Origin: Marsupella aquatica
Lineage: Eukaryota > Plantae > Marchantiophyta
NCBI GenBank assembly: GCA_973895155.1
Contig: OZ316895.1
Span: 3,397,659 to 3,461,658, forward strand
Length of the DNA: 64,000 nt
Reading direction: 5' to 3'
In this document: positions 52,519-62,216 of the stretch, piece by piece
Position numbering within the stretch: the stretch's first letter is position 1
Layout of the letters: each line of letters opens with the position of its first letter
The notes under the pieces: generated by a model
The model's input: the letters and a program-made list of their open reading frames with translations, nothing else
The model's database searches: none
Told to the model about the DNA's origin: nothing
Program-made: the position numbers and the translations under genes

Positions 52519-54840
52519 TCAAATGTCAATCGTGATGCATTTGAATTTGATCATGGTCTCAACCGGGTCTTCCTTTCGGTACATAGGCACGAGAGTGATG
52601 ACGACCTTTGAAGGGCCTGCTGGAGCTTCAATATCATCCAGTGTTCTGGCTATACTTTGCTTCCAGTCCAAATCCGGTTTCCCTTCAGTAGCGGACCGGC
52701 TCTGGACCAAGTTGGTGAATCGCCCAGAGTATTCTGCGCATTTGGTTCGCACTGAATACTCGGTTGGGTTCACCCAATCCACAAACACGTCAAACCCTGA
52801 GTTCCAGGATCTGTCGAGTTTGATTCCGTCAATGGTGAGGAACTCTTCAAGGTCATGTGGATTGTCTGGTCTGTCTACCACTATTGTGAATGTCTTACCG
52901 CCTTCCAGATGGTAGTATCCTCCCGAGTCTTTGCTTGGCACTGGCAAGCTTTCGGCTTGGGCAATAAGTTCGTAGTAGCTCAGGTTATTGCACTTGGTAG
53001 TGTTGAAGAAAACCCATGGTGCATCATTAGCGCGTTGATAAACATATCCCAACTTTTTCGAGTCTAACGAGTCTGCTACCGTCACTCTTCTCAGATCCTT
53101 GTTTTCATCGTAGAACAGAAACTCAGCATTCAGAAAGTCAGGGTCTGAGTAGTCCTCATGAGTCTGACCTAGTACTGGCCCGATATCTTTCCATACCTGT
53201 TTTAAGCCAACCATGGACAGATATTAGATTTCAGATGATGAAACTTCAACTTAATTCTGCAACATTTGAAAAGTCGTTGACCATAGAAATTAATCACATC
53301 AAGTATTCGATAATTAACTATCTCGAGCTGACTTATGTACCTGCCACATACGATCGATGTTGGAGTGATGAGAGTAGAAGGCAGGGTCACGGGCTGCGAG
53401 TGCAAGCTGGCCCATGTCGTTGCCTGGCGGGTCTGTTCCGATCCAGGAATGAACACTAGAGTGAGCACCAAGTTCTAGCGTTCCAGCACCTCCATTTGGG
53501 CCTCCAGTGCCTGTGAATTCAAAAACCACTCATTAGTTAGCCGACATCGTACGTTGGGATTGCAAGCGCTCAAGACATGATTCGAAAATGCTCTTCAGGA
53601 AGGAGTTAAATTGCTTGTCACGCTAGCTACGGAAAGTAGAGTTGGTCGTCGATCCAATTCGACTTTCAAAAGTCTTGCTTTCTTTATGGCTAACTTAAAG
53701 CAGTCACATCGGTGTATATACACACCTGACACGTTCCCTGCGTGATAAGGCCGACCCATGAAGGTTTCTTTCGTTGTTCCGCCGCTCACAAACGCTTGGT
53801 ACAGTATGTTCAGATTACTTTCAATAATGTCTTCTGCAGATGCGTTGAAGAGGACCTGTGTTATTGCAGGCTGGAGAGGCGCGTAACTGGCATCGGGGAA
53901 GTGCAGACGGCCATATCCCTTCGCACTCGCAGATCGATTGACATCGTATAAAGCGGAGGAAGTTTCGGCATAGAAGCCTGGGAAGTCATCTCCCTTTTTC
54001 AGGCAAGCTCCATGCTTGGAAGAGCCATCTCCTACACTGTAGGGAGCATCCCAATTCCAGTAATTGAGGCTGAAGTCGGGGTCTCCTAGGAGTGACTGCA
54101 GTATCCTCTCGTGGAAATACAAGTACCACCTACATTTATTGGATCCAACATTGTTTTATCAGCTTCTCAGAAATCGAGATCCAATTCAAACTCCCTTGAG
54201 AATCGAAAACATATCAGGAAACATTGTTGTAGCGACTGCGTACACGCAAACATCTGTGAAACTGTCTGATAAATCCTTGAATAGAAACATTACATTTTGT
54301 AAAAGCTTGCTGAATGTTTCAAAGATAGGACTTGTTTTGGAAATGATCACATTGGTGTAGTCGTGCAGCTTATGATTTGACGTACCTGTGCCATGGATAG
54401 AATAGCCAGCTCCAGTGGATGTCAATTCCCTGGGGAAATCCACTGCTGTTCACGGTCAAGAATGCACCCCCGCAGTAAGAGCAGTGAAGTTGCCATTGTT
54501 GAGCCAAGGAACGTGGGTCATCTTCTGGCAGCGCCCGCATCAACGCATACGCCTTGTCGAGCTTTGCAGCGTAAGCTGCATCCGTGCATTGCGCAGCTTT
54601 TCTAACTCTGATATGTGTCGTCGATACAGGAGGCGGCCCATTGACAATCGGCCTAGTTGGTATGACGGGACAGCACTGGATGGTTTCTATGGCACTTAGG
54701 TTCCGTGCATCAAGGAAGGAGGTTGAAGCTCGGCAGTGATCGAAGGTTACCTTGATCGGGTCGCCGTCCACAGCTGCCGGGAACATGAAAGCCATGGAGA
54801 TTGTACACCACACCAGTATACACAACAATGGGATCTCCAT
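52519..54840 (-). CDS. PPO: Polyphenol oxidase (type-3 copper) with predicted signal peptide; exons 54840-54386, 54129-53726, 53510-53341, 53196-52519
   Basis: CuA: DPRSLAQQWQLHCSYCGGA..IHWSWLFYPWHRWYLYFHERIL..DPDFSLNYWNWD; CuB: GTLELGAHSSVHSWIG..DMGQLALAARDPAFYSHHSNIDRMW; DWL-like DFLNAEFLFYDENK..LGYVY; KFDV-like GFDVFVD. GT-AG junctions keep frame. Confidence 0.96.
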
Positions 54841-56317
54841 TGCTCCGCTCCACCGCTGTGACAGGGTTTACTGCAGGTCGTGGACCTCTCGATATTTGAG
54901 TAGCTCGCAACTGCTCTGTAGAGCCGGATGAATCTGCAGTTAAGACAACCGTTGAGCTTGAAGGAATGCTTTCTCCTGTGAGGAATAGATCTATTCACCG
55001 GAGGAAGCCTGACCTTAGCCCCTCCAGATTCGGTTCGCATTCACGGAGGAACGAAGTATTCACGGCTCTTGGCTGGTGTCCTCTTTGAGATGCAGGCTAG
55101 AAAGACACACGACTCAGCCTGAAGATTTTTGTTCTGATTGACCACCAAAATCTTTCAATGAGAAGCGGCTTTAGTCAAAATGGCCAAACGAGGATCCTGT
55201 AATTCAATTCTATGAGCATTTTGCGTGTCGATCCATCTATGCTAAGACTGAGCACACTGAAAAATCAAGGTGCACAAGTCGTCTGTATGCATCCAGTGTA
55301 GTGAGCTGCTCAATGAAAGCTGCAATACCATGATAATGTACTTGGTCAAGGCAGAAGGATACGGTTCTCAGCATAGGTCTGAGCCTTAAATAGCTCGATA
55401 GATTCTAAGAGGTCATTTGAGCCGGGAGATGCTAGCGTTGAAAAGGCATGCATTACAGAGAGAAGACACGTTCCTTCAATAATTGAGGTAATCATGTCCT
55501 TCACGGGATGATTAGAGTCAGCTAGCGTCGACATGTCCGACGTCATCTCTCCTAATTAAAGGTTTGAGCAGCCACACATGACACATTTGACTCTCCTACC
55601 ATCGCCATTTGAGAGCCAGCTACGGTAGCATGTGACGAATGGGGTCCTTTGCACTCTCTTGAAACTTTTGGGAAAAGCAGCTCTTCATTGATAAAGAGCT
55701 CTTTGGGAAAAGCAGCTCTTCATTGAAGCAGCAAAAAACCTTGGGCCTCATCGGAGTAAAAAAGGATTGTTCCTCGTTCACGGAATCCGGCATTCTCATG
55801 TGATTTGGCCAGCTCTTGTCCGGGAGTGCAACATCTATCCCTACCGCGGTCCTTTTGGTGACATATCAACTACTTTCGGCTCCGATTACGATTCTGATTT
55901 ACTCCTCCATTTTTGGTGACGGTTTCCCTTGATCAGCTTTGGAGCATTCCTGTCTTGCCACGTTTCTCCTCCGATTGGTGGTTGCCTTTCTTCTTCAGTT
56001 CTGACAAGGTGGTTTTTGCCAAGTTTAGTGGACCAGTTTGCATTCCACCATCTTTGGGAGCTGTAGCAACACGCTCAAATCAGCGGAGAGATATTCATTC
56101 GCATCGACTCCTCAACGGACACATCGACGAGTGCTCCAGCTTTGTTCCCGGCTGTGCCTGCACGTGCTCAACGGTTTTCTAGGCTAGCGGTGGCGCCGCT
56201 TCTCAGATTTTGACGCGGTGGGCTCTCTCCATAGCCTTCCCTTTCTTTTCACATGTCTTGGTTGGGCCTTTTGTCGCTTCTTGATGCGCTTTTGCTTTTA
56301 TCGGGTTGCGACCTGTC

Positions 56318-59300
56318 ATGTCTACGTTGAGAGTGTTGGCGCGGGGCAAGCGCCCAGCCCCCCCACACAGTTCTCCCCCCTCCTCCCCCCCGCCTCGTGG
56401 TCGCCTTCGTGTTTGCTCTTCTTCATTGGATCTCTCTCATCTTCGTGATGACCCCATGCCCGATGTTCTGCCAGTCCCCCCAGTCTACTGCCCACCCCAT
56501 CGACGCCCTGGCTCCTCTCCCCACCCCATTCCCCCTCCACCCCTCCAGCATCCCCCTCCGGCCTCTTCATCCACGTTGGTTCCCCCCCACCTCCTGTCCA
56601 GTCGTTCCCTGCTCCCTCCCCAGACGAGCGTCCCCTGCATACTTGTCCTGAGTGTGGCTGGGTTGGCCTCTCCCTTCCTCATCACCGCGGGCGGGGCCGG
56701 TGCCAACGTCGCCAGCACGCACAATCCCAGCCCCAGCCCCCTCTTGACCCAGTTAACTCTGCCCCTCCTTCCTTGGAGGCTTCCGAGCAGGCATGGAGTT
56801 GGGTTCGCTCTCTAGACCCCCTTCCAGCCTACCATCCAGGGTACATTAGACCTCACCTTTATAACCACATCCCACTAGCGTTGCGCCCATTAGTTCGGTC
56901 ATCCTTGTTGCAACTCATGCAACTTATCTTGGCGCATCCTATCGAGGTCTCCTATTGGTCTTTACTCATGCTTTTTCCACAGTGGACTCTTACCCTCCCT
57001 AGTCAAAGTGGTCGCGTGAGTCATCGTGAGACTGTCTCTCATATCCATCGTTTTCTGCGGGGAGATTGGGAACAGCTTCAGGAAGAGTACTTTCTTCGCG
57101 CCCGTTCCTTTACTACCCGTGCTTTGTCTGACCCAGCTCGCCACTCTCATCCTCCAGAGCATAGACGCCTTCGTCGCTCTTGTCGTTTAGCCCAGGCTGG
57201 TGAATATCGTCGTGCGGTCCAGGCCCTTTCTCCCACCACACCAGCCCCCCCTGGCGAGGTCACCTTGACGGCCCTTCAGGATCTCCATCCGCAGCCCTAT
57301 GATCAGCTCCCTTTGTTCGTGGAGGATTTTGAGCCTGAGGAGGATCTTCAGTTTAGTAGGGACCACTTCACCTATGCTTTCCTCCATGCTCCGCGTTGCG
57401 CGGCTGGTGGCCCCTCTGGCTATGTCTTTGAGCATTTTCGTGATTTATTCCCCCCTGAGGATCCTCAGTCTGGTTTTCCAGTTTTCTTCTCCTTTTGCCA
57501 GTGTATTGCTGTTGGCCGTTTGCCTCCTCCCGTCTCTCGGCTTTTGAGTGCTTCTCGTTTATTGGCCATGGCTAAGTCTTCACCGGGTGTTCGGCCCATA
57601 GCTATTGGAGAGGTTTTTCTTCGTCTGGTGTCTCGCACACTTTCATCGCAGTATCGCTCTGCACTATCGGATCATCTCTCTCCACATCAGTTTGCAGTGG
57701 GCATTCCTGGCGGTTGTGAGACAGTTATTGCGGGTATTCATACTACCTTGGACCTCCACCTTGATTGGGTTGTCCTCCAGGTTGATGTCTCCAATGCTTT
57801 CAATACGGTTTCTCGGGCAGCAATTTTTCGTGCTTTGAGGGCTGCGGATCCAGACATCCAGTCCCTTATCCCCTTTGTCCGTTGTTTTTATGGGTTCGAG
57901 GCCCCCCTCTTCTATAGTCATCACACCTCTACAGGAGTGTATACCACTCTTTCTTCTGCAGAAGGTACACGTCAGGGTGACCCTTTGGGTGGGCCTCTTT
58001 TTGCCATTGCCCATTTTACTGCTTTACGAGAAGCCTCCGCGGCCCACCCCCAGTGTATCTTCCCCTCCCTTTCAGATGACACCCACATCATTGGTCCACC
58101 TGTTGCTGTTACTTCTGCCCTCACCACCCTTTCCACCCATTTGTTGGGCCTCGGTTTACGAGTTCAGCCGGTGAAGAGTCGTGCATGGAGTCCAGCTGGG
58201 TTACCCTCTGATCTTGCACTTCCCCCTGGGTTCTTACGTCCAGCCGACGGTCTTTGGGTCCTTGGCTCCCCAGTCGGTACCGCCTCCTTTTGCTCATCTT
58301 TCATTGCTGACGCTCTCCAGGCTGCCTTAGCCCCTACTCCTATGCTCCCTAAGTTAGCAGACTCTCAGGCAGCATTTGGGTTGTTGTTGAGATGCATCCA
58401 CCCTCGTGCGTCCTATTTGGCTCGGACACATCCCCCTACCGAGGATCTTTATCTACACCTCCGAGCGTTTGATGTCTCCATTCGTGAGACTTTGGCCTCT
58501 CTTTTAGGGCCAGGTACTTTACTCTCATCTCCGTGGCTTCATCGACAGCTCAGTCTTCCTATTTCTCACGGTGGTTTTGGGCTTACTTCCACTGAGCGCC
58601 TTGCACCTTTGGCCTTCTTGGGCGCGTGGGCGGTCGCCTTCTCATTGTTGGCAGATCGTTTCCTTACTAAGGATCGACGTTTTTTACTTTCATCTCTCAT
58701 GGAGGTCGAGGAGGGTTCCCTCCCATTTCAGGTTCATTTGCGCATGGCGCGGTCATCATTACCCGATCCTGTTCGAGTTGCGTTACCTTCATTCCATGAG
58801 TTTTTATCCTTGGACCCCGTCCGTCTTCAGGCAGACCTTGCTGGGCGTATGCACGCTTTCACCCTTTCCAGCATCCTCACCGAGGCACCTGACACGGACC
58901 GAGCTCGGATTCTTTCTTCCGGAGGGAAGGGCGCAGGAGGCTGGCTTCAGGCCAATCCAGTCATTCCTCACCTGCGGATGTCTTCAGCGGAGTTTGTGAC
59001 AGCCATGCGTCTTCGTATGGGCTTGCCCCACCCACTTCTTGCTGGTTTACCTCCTACTTGCACTTGTGGGAAGCCTTGTGATGCCACAGGTGTCCATCTT
59101 CTTCGATGCAGTTTGGGCGGCGAAACCATTTTTGTTCACGACGCTGTGAGAGATGCGACTGCTCAGGTTCTCTCTGGCTCTTTGGTCTGCGCGCGGCGGG
59201 AGGTGGTGCTCGAGTTACCTGGTCCTCCATCACAGCGGTTACGGGTGGATCTTACCATGGTCCGTGACGGTCACCATATTTTGGCAGATGTAGTGGTGGC

Positions 59301-59712
59301 AAACCCATTGCGCCAAGACATCATTGGGATAGCGGCAACAACGGCAGGGGCAGCAGCATCACGAGCAGCAACAACGAAGGAGGCCAAATATGCTGCACGA
59401 GCTTCATCTGATAGCTTCCTGCCCCTTGCTCTTGAGATATTTGGGCGTCTTCATCATCAGTTCGACGGGCTTCTTCGCCAAGCTGCTCGGGATGTTCACG
59501 GCCGGATGGGTCCCACCGGGCCCCCGCTATCTGTTTTGACCACGCACTTTCGCCAACGCATTTCAGTCACCTTACAGCGTGCTCAAGCTCGGGCTGTCTA
59601 TCGTCGATCTCTGACAGTGGGTGCTAGTGTGACTCCGCAGCGGCTAGCCCCCCTAGAGGACATTCCTGTCCCACTTGCCGATCTAGTTTCGACACTTGAT
59701 GTAGACCACTAG
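56318..59712 (+). CDS. Retrotransposon ORF: Pro-rich N-terminus, zinc finger, reverse transcriptase, CCHC knuckle, RLE; 1-nt frameshift near 56582-56588
   Basis: RT motifs AAGGPSG, GVRPIAIGEVFLRL, PHQFAVG..GGCE, LQVDVSNAFNTVSR, GTRQGDPLGGPLF, SLSDD, LGSPVG, LPISHGGFGL; CTCG..HLLRC; HDAVRD, RVDL, DVVV, KEAKY, FLPLALEIFG. The RT frame is open from 56452 and includes CPECG..HH..RC; the first plausible ATG (56318) is in another frame. Confidence 0.9.
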
Positions 59713-59764
59713 CTTGTTGCCACATTTTCTAGGTATGATGAGGACCTCGGTCCATTTGCGGTAG

Positions 59765-59862
59765 TTTTAGTTCCTCTTTCTTGGTTTTTAGGGGTTTCCT
59801 TTTGCTCACTTCTTTTAGTTCCTCTTTCTTGGTTTTTAGGGTTTCCTTTTGCTCACTTCTTT
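59765..59862. repeat. ~49-bp tandem duplication in the retroelement 3' UTR
   Basis: ttttagttcctctttcttggtttttaggg(g)tttccttttgctcacttc x2. Confidence 0.9.
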
Positions 59863-59961
59863 TGCGTTTGGTTTTGTCCACTTGGGACCTCTCTTGTTTA
59901 TTCTTTTGTACTCTATTTGGCCTTTTTCTGTAAAAAGTATGTGTATATTCCAAATAAAGAG

Positions 59962-61420
59962 TTGCCCCTTCATATTGAACATGCTTTTTTTTTGTCTTGT
60001 AATGATATAGAGTGTCCTTCCATATGGAACATGCCTCTTTTTTTGTCTTCTAGTGATACATAATTCATTTGATTTATTTTATGATAAAAGAAGTAGTACA
60101 AGTACATGTAAAATATATGCCAAAAAATTAATATATGTTAATTAAGAGTGGATGAAACATGCCCTTGTTTTTGTCTTGTAGTGATATTAATTCATTTGAT
60201 TTATTTTATGATAAAAAATAGGTACATGCAAAATATATGCCAAAAAAGTAATATATGTTAATTAAGAGTGAGTGACATAGTACACATGCAAAGCAAAGCA
60301 CATTATGACCAAGAAAGAACAAAAATATTAAAGAGTTGTGTACATACATTACATATTTTCACTTGTTTCTAGGTAATGACAATTAATTCAATTAAAACCA
60401 TAAATTTTGTAAAGTAACCCACTAGGGAAACTTAGTACACAGATGTGCACATTGTTCAAACTTGTTTCTCTCACTCTAATTCACTAAGAGTGATTGAAAA
60501 GGAAAGACATAAACAAGTATGAATGGAGCAGAATACATTCAAAATACTCTAAGTTCACTAAAATTAAAGGGGTCCAAAAGTTAATTCAAAATCAAATTGA
60601 TACAAATTATTCACCTAGTTAAGGCACATTAAAATCATATTGAACACAAAATCTGAATAAGACAAAATCTGAAAGGTGTATTCACCATATAGCATGCTCA
60701 TCCTGGAACATGCTTTACTTTTTGTCTTGTAGTGATATTAAGTGGACAAAATTAAAGAGTAAGACTAAAATACATATTAAATGTGAATGAAATCAAATAA
60801 TATAAATAAAGTACATACAATAAAAGCACATAGTGACCAATGGAAAGTACAATTTCATTACACAAAGTTGCTACGAGTTGTGCACAATGAAATCAAATAA
60901 TATCAATAAAGCACATGCAATAAAAGCACATAGTGACCAATGGAAAGTACAATTCTATTACACAAAGATACTATGAGTTGTGCACGTATTTCAGTGTGTC
61001 TTATTAATGACTCTAATTCAATAAAAACCATAAACTTAGGAAAGAAAGACACAAGGGGAGCTTAAGACAGGATGTGCTGACATTTCTTAGAATCATTCCT
61101 CTCACTCATGAGTATACTTAAAAGCCGTAGAAAATGAAACCCTTAGTTTTCTCTCTAGGACTTAACAAAGTTTACAAATTATACAAATTAAGGGGGCTGC
61201 CAAAATAAATTCAAAACACTATAGAATACCAAAAATTTAAAGGGGTCCAAAAATGAATTAAAATTCTATGTGATACAAAGGATGCCCCTTGTTAAGGTAC
61301 ATTCAAATAAAAATTCATGATACACAAATATGAATAAGACAAAACATGAGAGTTGGATTCACCATATAGCAGCTTCAAAAATTTCATTGATAAAGAGTGG
61401 CCCTCCATTAGTGCTTCCAA
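59962..61420. repeat. AT-rich region of nested local duplications
   Basis: ttgtctt.tagtgata..aattcatttgatttattttatgataaaa x2 (~60043/60171); aatgaaatcaaataatat..aaaagcacatagtgaccaatggaaagtacaatt x2 (60786/60886); larger diverged block ~60300-60700 vs ~60920-61370. Confidence 0.75.
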
Positions 61421-61450
61421 ATGACTTGCAGTAACTATTTTATTTTACCA

Positions 61451-61898
61451 TTTTTTACTAACCTGTCCCCCACAATGGCTGAAATTGCTAACCTGTCCCC
61501 TCGCCTGTCCCCCATTCTATTTTAATTAGTTTCTGCTCCCCTTTTCGTATGTTGGGTTTACTTAACCACAAGGGCTAACCCAATGTTGGCTCTCATTGGT
61601 CGTCTGCCACGTGGCGATGTCCAATTGGTTGTGCTTAACCCCGGTCCTCCCAGCCCCGATGATGACTCCCCTGCCTGGGCCGGCCTTCCCGTCTCGCAAC
61701 TCCCCCTGCATAAACCATTGGGCGTGGGAGAGGGGGTAGTCTTGAGAGGGACGGCAGGGGGTAGTCACAAGAGGTTTAGGCAGGGGGAGTTGCGAGAGGG
61801 GAAGGCCGGCCCCGGCAGGGGAGTAGTCGTCGGGGCTGGGAGGACCGGGGTTAAGCACAACCAATTTCAGCCATTGTGGGGGACAGGTTAGTAAAAAA
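61451..61898. mobile_element. Foldback/MITE element with long inverted arms
   Basis: Perfect 37-bp TIR 61451-61487 / 61862-61898; inner 94-bp arms 61623-61716 / 61773-61866 with about 6 mismatches. Confidence 0.85.
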
Positions 61899-62065
61899 AG
61901 GTTTTGTTTTATTCCCATGCTAACGAGGGGCTCTTGGCATGGGGCTATGGCAGCCTAAATGAAGACTATGATGTCATCTGTCACTTTGAGGGACACAAAA
62001 AAAGGACCAATAACATGCCAGTTGGGTCTGAGTTTCAGCACTTGCCTACGCAAACGAAGGTCCCC

Positions 62066-62216
62066 AGTAAGTGCACATCAAAATATAGCACATCAAAATA
62101 TGACGATGTATACTGTGTACCACATCACTCCATACCATGTCAATCTTGTGATTTATTTTAAATCAATGAGTGCACACATCTTATTACCACATTTTGATGT
62201 GTGATTACTGGCAGGA
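62066..62216. mobile_element. MITE-like element (family B, copy 2)
   Basis: gtaagtgcacatcaaaatat...ctccataccat...taaatcaatg...cacattttgatgtgt.attac.ggcagg is the reverse complement of 22870-23020. Confidence 0.7.

Larger units (their letters stand above)
55699..59953 (+). mobile_element. CRE-clade non-LTR retrotransposon with restriction-like endonuclease, apparently full length
   Basis: RT plus CCHC plus RLE ORF; ataaagag at 55691-55698 and 59954-59961 (TSD); ~620-bp 5' leader; T-rich 3' UTR with an internal duplication. Confidence 0.85.

Noticed and set aside
61562-61918. Mirror-image ORFs on both strands
   Set aside because: Artefact of the inverted repeat.
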